Of a DNA stretch of 64,000 nucleotides, positions 1 through 10,739 are shown one piece after another. Under the pieces are notes generated by a model. It saw only the letters and a program-made list of their open reading frames with translations. It had not been told where the DNA came from and did not search any database. Each line of letters opens with the position of its first letter. Within the stretch, counting starts at the first letter, position 1. The DNA lies in assembly GCA_963845065.1 (NCBI GenBank), contig CAWJQQ010000009.1, forward strand, positions 992,001 through 1,056,000, read 5' to 3'. This stretch comes from Nitrospirota bacterium. GTDB taxonomy: Bacteria > Nitrospirota > UBA9217. Both the position numbers and the translations under genes were made by a program.

Positions 1-395
1 ATATTTTGGAAATTCCTCCGACTACCTTTAAGCTTTTTGGACAGAACATCCCGGCAGCTGGAGGTGGTTATTTCAGACTCTATCCGCTGCAAGTGACGAA
101 AGCCATCATCAGACGAATCAATGAGATTGAAAAAAAAACTGCAGTGATTTATATTCATCCATGGGAGATTGATATGGACCAGCCTAGGCTGCAAGGCAGC
201 CTTTTTTCCAAGTTCAGACATTATGTCAACCTTAAGACCACGGAAGAGAAGCTGGGAGAATGCATGAAGGAATTCAAGTTCAAGCCGATCTCCGAAATTT
301 TCAATGTTCCAGCGAAAACCTCCTCTCCGGATGAATTGCCTGCAGGGCTAATTATGGACGAGGCTGCAAGGAGAGCGACTGGACGCCATGAATGA
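1..395 (+). CDS. Polysaccharide deacetylase, XrtA/PEP-CTERM-locus type with DUF3473-like C-terminus (5' partial)
   Basis: Open from the window start; motifs EIPPTT, PAAGGGYFRLYP and YIHPWEID..QPR..FRHYVNL. Confidence 0.85.
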   Translation, partial: ILEIPPTTFKLFGQNIPAAGGGYFRLYPLQVTKAIIRRINEIEKKTAVIYIHPWEIDMDQPRLQGSLFSKFRHYVNLKTTEEKLGECMKEFKFKPISEIFNVPAKTSSPDELPAGLIMDEAARRATGRHE

Positions 396-1476
396 TTATC
401 GTGCTGTCCTGATCAGTTCGATGGACCAGTGGGTTGAGACGCGAGCAGCATGGAACGGATTGCTCAGCCAATCAACTGCAAACACAATTTTTCTTACGTG
501 GGAATGGCTTTTCGCCTGGGGGGAAAACTTCCTCAGCTCAGGCAGGTCCTTATTCATCGTCATGGTGTATAAGACTGATGAACTCGTAGGTATAGCGCCG
601 TGGTACGTTCAGCGTCTCCGGCGAGGAGCTTTGACCGTTAAACAGATTCAGTTTCTTGGGGCGCCGGATGCGGGCTCTGACTATCTAGACGTGATTATCA
701 AAAAAGGGCAGGAACAGAAAGTTGCGAATTTTTTGCATGAATTTCTTCTTACGGAAGCCCGGGGCCGATGGGACGCCTGCATGCTCGAAGACCTGCCCTC
801 AAATTCTTTGTTCCTCCTGTATTTTCTGAATACCATCGAGGACGCCGGCAAATACGCGGAAATCCGGCCCTGCTCGTTCTGCCCCACCCTAGTGCTCCCG
901 AAAAAGGGCGAAGACTTGTTCTCCGTCTATTCTGCAAACCGAAGACAGCAATACCGGCGCCATCTAAAGCTCCTCAGGAATGAAGGAGAACTACAGCATG
1001 AAATTTTCACGGGAGATCGCATCGGCGACGCTTTCGGAGCCTTTTGCACTCTCTACGAAACAAAGAACGAAAACCATGACAAAACCGTCAGGTCGTTCCT
1101 GTCAAAATATGCGTCACGGTGCGGCATTGAGCAGGCAATGCGAGTCGACATGTTCTCGTCGAATGGAAAGTTGGTTGGGGGACTTCTTCATTTGAAGCAC
1201 CAGGACACCTTGGGAATGTATCTTATGGCGGTTGATAAACAGTATCAACCGCACATCAGTCTCGGGAACATATTTGTCGGCATGTGTTTAAGCAGTGCCA
1301 TAGAGGACGGTGTCGCCGTCTACGACTTCCTAAAGGGGACTGAGCCGTACAAGTTCCATTGGACAGACTCAGGGCGAACTTCCGTCACGCTTTCATATTA
1401 TCAAAAGAACGTGGCATCGCTCCTTATGGTAGCGGAGAAGTTCCTGAGATATACGGCAAAGGTCTTGTTGCGCTAG
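388..1476 (+). CDS. GNAT-family (CelD/BcsL-like) acyltransferase
   Basis: IFLTWEW, GIAP, SDYLD and YDFLKGTEPYKFHW motifs; overlaps the upstream gene. Confidence 0.8.
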   Translation: MNDYRAVLISSMDQWVETRAAWNGLLSQSTANTIFLTWEWLFAWGENFLSSGRSLFIVMVYKTDELVGIAPWYVQRLRRGALTVKQIQFLGAPDAGSDYLDVIIKKGQEQKVANFLHEFLLTEARGRWDACMLEDLPSNSLFLLYFLNTIEDAGKYAEIRPCSFCPTLVLPKKGEDLFSVYSANRRQQYRRHLKLLRNEGELQHEIFTGDRIGDAFGAFCTLYETKNENHDKTVRSFLSKYASRCGIEQAMRVDMFSSNGKLVGGLLHLKHQDTLGMYLMAVDKQYQPHISLGNIFVGMCLSSAIEDGVAVYDFLKGTEPYKFHWTDSGRTSVTLSYYQKNVASLLMVAEKFLRYTAKVLLR

Positions 1477-1533
1477 GGACGGTCATCTGAACCTTGCACA
1501 CCACGGGCTGACAGTTTCCTCTGGACTAATACC

Positions 1534-2568
1534 ATGACAATCCGATTCTATACAGGACAGGACAAAAAAGCCTGGGATGACTATGTCATGCGATCGAACA
1601 ACGCCCGGTGTTATCACCTGACTGGATGGAAAGATGTCATCGAGCAGAGCTTCGGCCATACCACTTGGTATCTTCTCTCCGAAGATGAACGCGGAGCAAT
1701 CAACGGGATCCTTCCGCTCGTGCAGTTAAAAAGCCAGCTCTTCGGTAATTTTGCCGTCTCCCTTCCGTATTTCAACTATGGCGGTCTCTGTGCGGACAAC
1801 GCTGAAATCGGCGCTCAGTTGGCTGCGGGCGCCATCAGATGTGCGAAGGAGGAAGGGGTCCAACACATTGAGCTTCGCCATAAAAATCCAATGGAAATCG
1901 GCTGGCAGGTGAAGACGTCCAAGGTCTCCATGTTCCTGCCCCTGCCACCGACCCCAGGCGAACTTTGGGAATCTTTCCCAACGAAGTTGCGAACCCAGGT
2001 GCGGCGACCCTCCAAGGAGGGGATGTCTGCAATGCTAGGCAGGGAAGAACTCCTAGAGGATTTTTATACGGTATTCTCGGTTAACATGAGGGACCTCGGA
2101 ACGCCGGTCTACTCCAAGGGATTTTTCAGGAGCATTCTGCGCGCCTTCCCAGAAACATCATGGATCTGCACCGTGCGCACAAAGGACGGACAGCCCGCGG
2201 CAGCCGGCTTCCTAGTCGGGTTCAAGGAGACCCTGGAGATTCCTTGGGCGTCTTCCCTCAGGCAATATAATCGCATTAGCCCCAATATGCTCTTGTATTG
2301 GACCGTCCTCAGCATGGGATGTGAGAAGGGATATGGGTCATTCGACTTCGGCCGCTCTACACCAGGCGAGGGGACGTTCCGCTTTAAAGAACAATGGGGG
2401 GCAAAGCCGATCCAGCTTTATTGGCACTATTGGATGAAAAACGGACAGAAACCGCCAGAGTTGAATCCCCATAATCCTAAATATCGTCTGGCAATTAATA
2501 TCTGGAAGCGGCTGCCGGTCAGTGTAACGAGACTGATCGGTCCCGCTATTGTTAAAAATCTCCCTTAA
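1534..2568 (+). CDS. FemAB-related protein, PEP-CTERM system-associated
   Basis: SLPYFNYGG, NMRDLGTPV, PNMLLYW, FDFGRST, FKEQWGA and LNPHNPKY motifs. Confidence 0.9.
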   Translation: MTIRFYTGQDKKAWDDYVMRSNNARCYHLTGWKDVIEQSFGHTTWYLLSEDERGAINGILPLVQLKSQLFGNFAVSLPYFNYGGLCADNAEIGAQLAAGAIRCAKEEGVQHIELRHKNPMEIGWQVKTSKVSMFLPLPPTPGELWESFPTKLRTQVRRPSKEGMSAMLGREELLEDFYTVFSVNMRDLGTPVYSKGFFRSILRAFPETSWICTVRTKDGQPAAAGFLVGFKETLEIPWASSLRQYNRISPNMLLYWTVLSMGCEKGYGSFDFGRSTPGEGTFRFKEQWGAKPIQLYWHYWMKNGQKPPELNPHNPKYRLAINIWKRLPVSVTRLIGPAIVKNLP

Positions 2569-2648
2569 TATTTTGAATACACAGCAACCTTTGATCCATC
2601 AGTCACGAGAGATCAAAACATGAAGTCGCCTGGAAACCTTCGTACTCT

Positions 2649-3908
2649 ATGAAAATACAACGCACCTTACCTCCGACTGCAGCTCCTCTAAAAATGACGG
2701 ACATCGTCAATGGCCTGAGAGGTCTAATAAAGCCCGAGCGCTGCAGACAGGACCTTCAGCAGGAGTTGAGGGATTATTTCAGCGTGAAACACGTTTATCT
2801 CCTTTCATCTGGAAAAGCAGCGCTTACAGTGATCCTCCTTGCTCTGAAAGCCCTGTCACCAAATAGACGACGGGTTGTTATCCCGGCTTACACATGCTTC
2901 TCTGTGCCATCAGCGATCGTAAAAACAGGGCTCGACGTCGCCCTGTGTGATATGAATCCCGCTCGTTATGACTACGACTATCAGTATATGCACGACGCCG
3001 TGGACAGGAACACGCTCTGCGTCATTTCGGGGAATCTGTTCGGGATTCCGTCGGATGTTTCAAAAATTATCGAGATCTGCAGGGAAAGAGGAGCCTATGT
3101 CGTGGAGGATGCGGCGCAGGCAATGGGTTGCACTTACAATGAACGGCTGATCGGAACAATTGCGGACGTGGGTTTTTACAGCCTGGGGCGAGGGAAAAAC
3201 ATAACCTGCGGGGCTGGCGGCATCATTGTCACGAATTCAGATGACATCGCTATGGCAATAGACAAAATATACGCAAAGATAGAGGAATCTCGGTTCGTTG
3301 AAGATGCAGCAGAGTTCATAAAAGCAATTTTTATGGCGTTTTTCATCCATCCCTCGCTTTACTGGCTGCCTGCGGGGCTTCCATTTTTAAGGCTTGGAGA
3401 AACGAAATTTTACCGCGATTTTCCCGTAAAACGTCTATCAGCAATCAAGGCCGGCATGATGAGGTACTGGAGGGACAGACTGGGTGAGTACAATCGAACA
3501 CGCACTGAGAATGCTGAATACTACGACAACGCTCTGAAGACGTGCGGCATAGCGCATGACAAATTGCAGCAGGGAGGAGTGACCGCTATAAAAGCATCGC
3601 TCCGATTTCCAGTCTTAGCAGGCGACCGGGAAATGCGGGACCACATCATATCGTATGCGTCGGGTCGGGGATTGGGCATCAGCCGGATGTATCCCACGCC
3701 GATCAACATGATAGAAGAGATAAAGGAAAGCTTTGTAGGACTGACATATCCTGCCGCCGCCGCGATCGCGGATTGCTTGTTTACAGTTCCCATTCACCCT
3801 TTATTGCGCGAAAAGGACAGAAATAAAACCAGCGCACTCCTGTGCGAAATGATCAAGGCGCCAGTATGTTCGAGTGGAAATAGGCAACGACCCGTACCTA
3901 TCGGCTAG
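2649..3908 (+). CDS. DegT/DnrJ/EryC1/StrS-family PLP-dependent aminotransferase
   Basis: SSGKAAL, PAYTC, VVEDAAQAMG and SLGRGK (candidate PLP lysine) followed by GGIIVT. Confidence 0.85.
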   Translation: MKIQRTLPPTAAPLKMTDIVNGLRGLIKPERCRQDLQQELRDYFSVKHVYLLSSGKAALTVILLALKALSPNRRRVVIPAYTCFSVPSAIVKTGLDVALCDMNPARYDYDYQYMHDAVDRNTLCVISGNLFGIPSDVSKIIEICRERGAYVVEDAAQAMGCTYNERLIGTIADVGFYSLGRGKNITCGAGGIIVTNSDDIAMAIDKIYAKIEESRFVEDAAEFIKAIFMAFFIHPSLYWLPAGLPFLRLGETKFYRDFPVKRLSAIKAGMMRYWRDRLGEYNRTRTENAEYYDNALKTCGIAHDKLQQGGVTAIKASLRFPVLAGDREMRDHIISYASGRGLGISRMYPTPINMIEEIKESFVGLTYPAAAAIADCLFTVPIHPLLREKDRNKTSALLCEMIKAPVCSSGNRQRPVPIG

Positions 3909-3922
3909 CGTTTAAATCGAAG

Positions 3923-4762
3923 ATGCCTGCTATGGATAAGAAAATTGTTCTCAAGTTTTTCTGTGTTGTCTGCCTGCTTGTAATGTCGTTTAGCTCCCAT
4001 GAAGGAGGAGCCATGACCCAGGAAACAGTCTCTCTCGAATCAGTCAAGAACATCCCGGAGTCTCAATGGCATAAGTTGGCCGGTAAGAAGATCTTTTTTG
4101 GTCACCAGTCGGTTGGCTATAACATCGTGGACGGCATAAAGACGATCGAGGAGCAGGTGCCCGGGATTAAACTCAATATTGTTGAAATCAAAAGTGTTTC
4201 GGACATGAACGGCGCGGAGTTTGCTCATTCCAGCATCGGCGAAAACGGAGATCCCAATTCGAAAATGCAGGCATTCACCGATTTTGTGCAAGGTGGAATT
4301 GGCGCTAAAGCGGATATTGTTTTTTTCAAGTTTTGCTATGTAGACATAAATGCTTATAGCGACATTGATAAAATATTCATCGAGTATAAAAAAACTATGG
4401 AGCAATTGGAGAAAAAATATCCCCGTATGATATTCATTCATGCGACGGTGCCCCTCACCGAATCTAAAACGACGGTGCGGAGCATCATAAAGGCTTTTCT
4501 GGGGAAGGAAGACCATAACATTAAACGCAATCGGTTCAATGATATGCTGAGGAAGGAGTATAAGGGAAAAGAACCCTTGTTTGACATCGCGCAGGCAGAG
4601 TCAACCCACCCTGACGGTACGAGATCAACATTCACGAAAAATGGAACGACCTACTATTCCCTTGCAAGTGAATATACGGATGACGGCGGACATCTGAACG
4701 ATCTCGGGCAGCAGGCAGTGGCGCAGGACTTATTGATTCTGCTTGTGAAACTCGCCAGGTGA
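3923..4762 (+). CDS. Exported SGNH/GDSL-like hypothetical protein
   Basis: Hydrophobic N-terminus; FGHQSVG and C-terminal DGGHLN resemble SGNH blocks I and V. Confidence 0.5.
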   Translation: MPAMDKKIVLKFFCVVCLLVMSFSSHEGGAMTQETVSLESVKNIPESQWHKLAGKKIFFGHQSVGYNIVDGIKTIEEQVPGIKLNIVEIKSVSDMNGAEFAHSSIGENGDPNSKMQAFTDFVQGGIGAKADIVFFKFCYVDINAYSDIDKIFIEYKKTMEQLEKKYPRMIFIHATVPLTESKTTVRSIIKAFLGKEDHNIKRNRFNDMLRKEYKGKEPLFDIAQAESTHPDGTRSTFTKNGTTYYSLASEYTDDGGHLNDLGQQAVAQDLLILLVKLAR

Positions 4763-4769
4763 TGTTATT

Positions 4770-5747
4770 ATGTCAAATTCCGCACTTAATGCCATAAGAC
4801 GCACGGTGGCGCCGGGTTTGCATCATCTGTCACTCATATCCGGCATGTCCAGATATAAAACGTTCGGAAGTCCGGCTGCGCGAGTAATCATGTTCCACGG
4901 GGTTGGAGGGTCTGATTGCCCGGCAGACATCTTCGAGTCACAGATGAGATATCTGAAGGCGAATTTTAATGTTGTTTCCCTCCGGGAAGCTTTAACGATA
5001 TTCGATGATTCCTTGCGGAAATTTAGCACGGAAATCGTATTGACCTTTGACGACGGATTACAAAATAATTTTACGATCGCTTATCCGATTCTCCTCCGTT
5101 ATGAATTACCTGCGACATTCTTCGTCTGTCCTGGCCTCATTGAGACACGAACTTGGCAGTGGGCGCATGAAATGGAGCAAAGGCTAATAGGGTGCAAGCG
5201 CGACAATTTGCAAAAAATCTTCGATAAAATCGGGATTAGCAAGCGGGAAAGCGAGGGCAATCGCGACAGCGACGTAACGGAAAAAATAATAGAGCTCATG
5301 AAATCAATGGAAAATGGCCGTCGAATAGGCACCGAGAGTTTCATTCGTTCGTTGACGCAGAACTTCGAGACGGCCAAGCGCCAGCATGACCTGTATGACA
5401 CCATGAGCTGGGACGAACTCCACTCTATGGATCCCGAATTAATTACCATCGGATCTCATACGGTCCATCATCAGATGTTGACGAGAGTGCCGAATGAGGA
5501 GATGCACTATCAAATTCAGGAGAGCAAACAATGGCTGGAGCGAAGGCTTAATAGGCCCGTGGATTTTTTTTGCTATCCGAATGGAGACTACGATACACCT
5601 ATAGCGCATGTAGTCGCTCAGAATTACAAAGCGGCAGTGACAACGAAGTCCGGATACTTTAATAAAGGGGATGATGTATATCAAATCAACAGAATCCCGG
5701 CCGCTGACAAATTGCCGCTGTTTGCGTGGAGGATGTTTCGTCCCTAG
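4770..5747 (+). CDS. Polysaccharide deacetylase (CE4/NodB)
   Basis: LTFDDG, GSHTVHH and FCYPNG motifs. Confidence 0.9.
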   Translation: MSNSALNAIRRTVAPGLHHLSLISGMSRYKTFGSPAARVIMFHGVGGSDCPADIFESQMRYLKANFNVVSLREALTIFDDSLRKFSTEIVLTFDDGLQNNFTIAYPILLRYELPATFFVCPGLIETRTWQWAHEMEQRLIGCKRDNLQKIFDKIGISKRESEGNRDSDVTEKIIELMKSMENGRRIGTESFIRSLTQNFETAKRQHDLYDTMSWDELHSMDPELITIGSHTVHHQMLTRVPNEEMHYQIQESKQWLERRLNRPVDFFCYPNGDYDTPIAHVVAQNYKAAVTTKSGYFNKGDDVYQINRIPAADKLPLFAWRMFRP

Positions 5748-5786
5748 GAATGCCTCTGCAAACTTAATATTACTGAGTGAAACCTC

Positions 5787-6425
5787 ATGATGATAGATAA
5801 AATAAAAAACCTTACGAAAAGGATCATTGAAAGTCCCGCGGATGTTCTGTCCTACGCAACAGGATTTTTCCGGGGACTCGGCTATTTGTTTTATTATAAC
5901 ATTATCAAAAACAATGTTAGGATCGGGTTCCCATTTATCGTAAATGCGAAGGTGAGAATCATCGGTCCTGGTACGGTAACCATTGGTAATGGTTGCACCG
6001 TTATGAAAAATGCTTTTAAGGGGTTGACGATCATTACGTTTTCCCGTGGTGCCAGTGTAACAATAGGAAACAAATGCCTGCTAGGCGGCACAACCATACG
6101 GTGTCATGGAGCGGTTGTAATAGGTGATAGGACGATGACGGCAATTTGCCTCATACAGGACTCGTTTCTTGTGACCCAGAGCAGAAGCAGCGAAGAAGTT
6201 AATAATCGTATACCTCATCCGCAGAGTATTGCCATTGGGAGAAACGTATGGTTGGGAGAGGCCAGTTTTGTCATGAGCGGCAGCACGATCGGTGACGACT
6301 GCGTCCTTTCATCGGGAGCATGGTGCCATGACGCAGCATATCCAGACTACGTCCTCATCATGGGAAGTCCGGCGCGAAGCGCAATACCGATCGATAAACT
6401 GTTGCGACTGAAAGGAGAGCTATGA
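5787..6425 (+). CDS. Hexapeptide-repeat (left-handed beta-helix) acyltransferase
   Basis: Repeated IGxxxx hexapeptides (TIGNGC, TIGNKC, IGRNVW, TIGDDC) and terminal GSPA. Confidence 0.8.
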   Translation: MMIDKIKNLTKRIIESPADVLSYATGFFRGLGYLFYYNIIKNNVRIGFPFIVNAKVRIIGPGTVTIGNGCTVMKNAFKGLTIITFSRGASVTIGNKCLLGGTTIRCHGAVVIGDRTMTAICLIQDSFLVTQSRSSEEVNNRIPHPQSIAIGRNVWLGEASFVMSGSTIGDDCVLSSGAWCHDAAYPDYVLIMGSPARSAIPIDKLLRLKGEL

Positions 6426-6973
6426 AGGATTTTCTGGCGCTCTTGAGGGGCCGCATTTTATTTATTCTATGCAGGTTAAGGGGTATGAACATTACAATAG
6501 GCCAAGGCCTGCGAATATATAAAAGGGTTAGTATCTCGGGACCCGGGAGAATTGAAATCGGGAAGAATTGCGTCATGGCTGGAATACGGGGTGATTCGAG
6601 TCAGTATGTTTGCCTTGAAACGCTCAATTCGTCATCAGTCATTCAAATAGGCGATAATGCGTCCTTATATGCAGCAAGAATTGCGGCAAAATTTCGAATC
6701 GTTGTCGGAAACGACGTTTTGATCGAGGAAGCGGGCATGATGGACACTGATTATCATACGATTGCTAAAAATCGGGAAACACCGACTAGTGAAAATGAGG
6801 ATAAGTGCCGTGTAACGGTAGGAAATCGCGTTTGCATGGGTGCGCGCAGCTCTATTCTAAAAGGTACGACCATCGGAGACGATGTCATAATTGCCCCGGG
6901 ATCAATCGTAACTATGTCCTTGAAACCTGGAAGTACGGTTGCGGGAAACCCGGCGAGAATACTATCCACATAG
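6422..6973 (+). CDS. Hexapeptide-repeat acyltransferase
   Basis: DTDYH, VGNRVCMG..ILKGTTIGDD and AGNPAR; ATGA overlap with the previous gene. Confidence 0.85.
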   Translation: MKDFLALLRGRILFILCRLRGMNITIGQGLRIYKRVSISGPGRIEIGKNCVMAGIRGDSSQYVCLETLNSSSVIQIGDNASLYAARIAAKFRIVVGNDVLIEEAGMMDTDYHTIAKNRETPTSENEDKCRVTVGNRVCMGARSSILKGTTIGDDVIIAPGSIVTMSLKPGSTVAGNPARILST

Positions 6974-6989
6974 GGAAGAGCTTTATACA

Positions 6990-8120
6990 ATGAATGACAC
7001 AAGCGGTGAAACGTTTCATTGGCAGTTTTCGGACGAATATGTTGTTGATTGGTTTTCCCGAGAACTGAAGGACAATGTAGAGAAATATTACTCCGATTTA
7101 ACGCCGGCCGGAGTAAGAATAACGGGTAAAGCGTGGGGCGGCCAGGAAACAGCGAGAACGTTTAGATTCGAGATTCGGCCGATTCATCGTTCAGTTTCAC
7201 GCATCATTTTCATTAAATTAACGCCTTTTTTCCCGAGCATGAACCCTGCGGTCCTGGAATATGCAACACTGAAATTATTGTATGACAAAATCCCTTTGGT
7301 CCGGGATAATTGTCATGTTTCCCGTCCCCTCGATTATTACCCGAACTTCAACGCCTATTCCATGGAATCTGTGGGTACTATAAGTTTCAAACCATACTTA
7401 TTGAAAAACAATTCAAGATTCCGGAGTGATCACGCGATCTCAGATCTATTCTCAATCGTGTCGGGTTCTGCAGGCTGGTTATCGGCATTTCATAAAATCA
7501 CGAAATCAAAAATAAGCATTCAATTCGACCACAAGACGATTCTCGATGGCATTAATGAGGATTTTGACTTTTTTTCCCTCGGGAAATTTCATTTCAGCAA
7601 GGAGATGATCCGGCAACTGGACCACTTGATGCAAAACCTTGCTTTGCTTGATAACAAATACGACTTGCCATGCGCCAAGTGGCACTGGGATTTTACTCCA
7701 GGACACGTTTATTTGGATAATAATAGGATAAGCGTGATCGATATCCTAGGGATCGATGATACGCCCATCTTTGAGGATATAGGACGTTTTCTCGCGAGCA
7801 TGACAGCCATCAATAACTTCCCCTTTTATCCTTTTTATGATTTTCAACGCGCTGAAGGGCCTCTGTGCGATAGGTTCATGGAAGCCTATTTATCGGCTAC
7901 GGAATACGACAAGGAACAGTTTCTTTTATTCACATACATTTATAAATTGAAATATCTCATTATCTGGTTTTTTTCACAGCATCAGAGAGTAAGCCGCAAG
8001 GTGAACCTGGCTGTCGGCACTGCATTCGCCAATCTGAGACTCGTTTCATTTTATGAAATACCGATCATGCACACTATAAATAAAATCACTGAAAAATTTA
8101 AAAGCGTATGCTGCGGGTGA
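6990..8120 (+). CDS. APH/kinase-like phosphotransferase-fold protein
   Basis: IFIK, HWDFTPGHV and VIDI..EDIGRF resemble kinase-fold motifs. Start moved to ATG 6990 to avoid overlap. Confidence 0.55.
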   Translation: MNDTSGETFHWQFSDEYVVDWFSRELKDNVEKYYSDLTPAGVRITGKAWGGQETARTFRFEIRPIHRSVSRIIFIKLTPFFPSMNPAVLEYATLKLLYDKIPLVRDNCHVSRPLDYYPNFNAYSMESVGTISFKPYLLKNNSRFRSDHAISDLFSIVSGSAGWLSAFHKITKSKISIQFDHKTILDGINEDFDFFSLGKFHFSKEMIRQLDHLMQNLALLDNKYDLPCAKWHWDFTPGHVYLDNNRISVIDILGIDDTPIFEDIGRFLASMTAINNFPFYPFYDFQRAEGPLCDRFMEAYLSATEYDKEQFLLFTYIYKLKYLIIWFFSQHQRVSRKVNLAVGTAFANLRLVSFYEIPIMHTINKITEKFKSVCCG

Positions 8121-8128
8121 GATAAACC

Positions 8129-9472
8129 ATGTTATTTAAAGCCGTTCTCATATCTATATTTTCTGATGCGTGCAAGATCCAATCCTTGATCCCGGCACTC
8201 TCTGCAATCATGTTTCAGAAAATCATGGTCATCATTCCTTTCATCGGGATGCTCTTTTCACCAACGATGATTAAAAATATATTTAAAAGTTTCAGCTTAC
8301 CCAGCGGTAAAGCACTCTTGTTTTTAGTCGTTTGGATGGTGATCTCGGTCCCTTTTTCCATTTATCCCGGCGAAGGTTTCAGTTTTCTGACGGAGCACCT
8401 ATGGAAATTGTTGATTACTCTCTGTTTGATCGTAGCTTATGGCTACACTGAAGACTCTCTTGATAAAATGATATGGGCATTCATTTTAGCTGTTGGCATT
8501 TTCGGCGTTCTTGCTTTTATCAGCTACAGGACTGGCAGATTTTCAGCCGTCACGGAATATGATCCTAATGAAAATGCGCTTCTTTTTGTGTTGGCGGTCC
8601 CATTTATTTTTTGGAAGATGATGGCCATGCGCGGGGTAAAAAAGATATTGATGGGGTGTCTGTTAGGCCTTCTCGTATTGGGACTCGTAGATACGCAATC
8701 GAGGGGAGGTTTTTTAGGGCTTGCTGCCGTTACGATCGTGAGTGTTTACCAATACAAGCGTGCTACCGGCATAAATATCTTCAACATTAAAATAGCAGCA
8801 ACCATTGCAGTAATCATGGGCGTACTGTACTTTGCCGGAGGCGAGCAATATTCTAACAGGATATCATCGATATTCAATCCGGAAAATGACTATAACTATA
8901 CAGCGGAAAGCGGCAGATTAACGATCTGGAAGCAGGGCCTATCCCTTATGGTTCACAACCCCTTACTTGGCGTTGGTATAGATTCGTTTGAGACCGGCTT
9001 GGGGCGGACATTCAGGATGGATGAGGGGGAATGGCAAGCCGCACATAATTCCTTTATCCAGGTGGGAGGTGAACTCGGTTTTCCTGGGTTAATTGCCTTT
9101 TGTTTCATCATAGTGAGCACGTTAGTACAACTTAAAAAAGCATCTACTGCACAGGATGTGCTAAAGGCTGATGCCAGTGGAGATTCCCCGAACAAGAAGA
9201 TGAAAGAGCTGAATCTTCTTCCTATCACGGCGTATTCATTAATTGGCTCCTGGACTGGCTTTATTGTATGCGGTTCGTTCCTCTCCGAAGCCTATGGTAA
9301 CCTAATATTTTTTCTCATCGGCACGTCATGGGCATGCATAAATATTGCAAGCACTCCACAAGAAAGGAAAGAACCGGACCTGCCGGTAAGCGATGTCAAA
9401 AGTGAAGCCCCCAAGCTGCGTCTGGCGGGCTCGGCAGCATCCTCTCTAAAAAAATATGGCCGGTATCGTTAA
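8129..9472 (+). CDS. O-antigen ligase / Wzy-like polymerase family membrane protein
   Basis: Many TM segments; DPNE, TQSRGG, R..IW..G...P..GVG and AHNSF...GELG motifs. Confidence 0.85.
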   Translation: MLFKAVLISIFSDACKIQSLIPALSAIMFQKIMVIIPFIGMLFSPTMIKNIFKSFSLPSGKALLFLVVWMVISVPFSIYPGEGFSFLTEHLWKLLITLCLIVAYGYTEDSLDKMIWAFILAVGIFGVLAFISYRTGRFSAVTEYDPNENALLFVLAVPFIFWKMMAMRGVKKILMGCLLGLLVLGLVDTQSRGGFLGLAAVTIVSVYQYKRATGINIFNIKIAATIAVIMGVLYFAGGEQYSNRISSIFNPENDYNYTAESGRLTIWKQGLSLMVHNPLLGVGIDSFETGLGRTFRMDEGEWQAAHNSFIQVGGELGFPGLIAFCFIIVSTLVQLKKASTAQDVLKADASGDSPNKKMKELNLLPITAYSLIGSWTGFIVCGSFLSEAYGNLIFFLIGTSWACINIASTPQERKEPDLPVSDVKSEAPKLRLAGSAASSLKKYGRYR

Positions 9473-10712
9473 TATAGTAGTTCAAGGCTTCTTGATTATC
9501 CTGATCGCCTATTTAACCGCGAGCGTTTTATATAATCTTGCGCTTGCCGCCGCCTATTTGCTGATACGGAGAAAAACGCAGCCGCCTGCTCAAGTTCGCA
9601 CGAGGTTCGCCATCGTCGTCCCCGCGCACAATGAAGAACTGCTTATCGACAAGTTCTGTAATAATATTTTGCAAACAGACTATCCGTCGAGCATGCGCGA
9701 GATCTATATTATTGCCGATAATTGCACCGATAAAACAGCTGACATATGCAGCTCTTATCCCTTAACTGTATTGCGACGTTTTAATAAGACCGATATCGGA
9801 AAAGGATATGCGCTCAAATGGGCTTTTGAACATATCGATATGAGCGTATTCGACGCTGTCCTGATTCTAGACGCGGACACAACAGTAGAGCCTTCAATTC
9901 TTCAAAATCTTAATACCATGATCTCTCAAGGGTCGGAAGCTATCCAGTGTTATATCAAAGTTCCGAATCGCCATGAAAGCTGGTTTACTCAGCTGATTTA
10001 TGTTTCGCGCACGATCAACAATCTGCTTTATCATTTTGCGAAATATAAATTGGGTTTATCCTCATACTTAATGGGGACCGGGATGTGTTTTAAGACCAGT
10101 CTTTTACGAGAACAGACCTGGTCGGCTTTTACTCTTTCCGAGGATTGGGAATATTTTGCTAAATTGATCGGGTTGGGAAAAAAGATTGATTTTGCCGTAG
10201 GAGCCGTTGTCCTACAACAGGAGTCACGGTCTCTCAAACAGGCAACGACCCAGCGTTTGCGGTGGTCCAAGGGCAGGTTTTATGTCATCAAGAATCTCGG
10301 GTTGAACCTCTTGTTCCGGGGTCTGCGCACCAGGAATTGGATCATGGTAGATGCGTCATTGGCGCTGTTATTCCCGAACTGGTCACTGCAGATAAATCTG
10401 ATCCTTGTGGCTTTGTGCATAAGCTTGGTAATCCCCTCCTCTATTGTTAAATCAGCATCACTCATTTTAAGTATTGGTATGCTCGGCGGGCAGGGAATTA
10501 TTCTAATCATAGGAATGGCACTTGCAGGCGAAGTCTGGCATGTATTAAAGGCCATCTTAATTGCCCCGCTTTTTCTCGTATGGAAATTTACAATCGATTT
10601 CGTCAGCATGACTGGCATCTATCGCGGCAAGGAGTGGATCAGGACTGCACGGCACATCCCTAAAAACGAAGCAGGGGAAATTGAGTCTACTAAAAGTATT
10701 CGACAGAAATAA
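9456..10712 (+). CDS. Glycosyltransferase family 2 (membrane, cellulose-synthase-like)
   Basis: PAHNEE, ADNCTD, GKGYAL, DAD, SED and QRLRW motifs. Confidence 0.9.
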   Translation: MAGIVNIVVQGFLIILIAYLTASVLYNLALAAAYLLIRRKTQPPAQVRTRFAIVVPAHNEELLIDKFCNNILQTDYPSSMREIYIIADNCTDKTADICSSYPLTVLRRFNKTDIGKGYALKWAFEHIDMSVFDAVLILDADTTVEPSILQNLNTMISQGSEAIQCYIKVPNRHESWFTQLIYVSRTINNLLYHFAKYKLGLSSYLMGTGMCFKTSLLREQTWSAFTLSEDWEYFAKLIGLGKKIDFAVGAVVLQQESRSLKQATTQRLRWSKGRFYVIKNLGLNLLFRGLRTRNWIMVDASLALLFPNWSLQINLILVALCISLVIPSSIVKSASLILSIGMLGGQGIILIIGMALAGEVWHVLKAILIAPLFLVWKFTIDFVSMTGIYRGKEWIRTARHIPKNEAGEIESTKSIRQK

Positions 10713-10739
10713 TGATTAGAGAAAGAGAGATACGATAAC

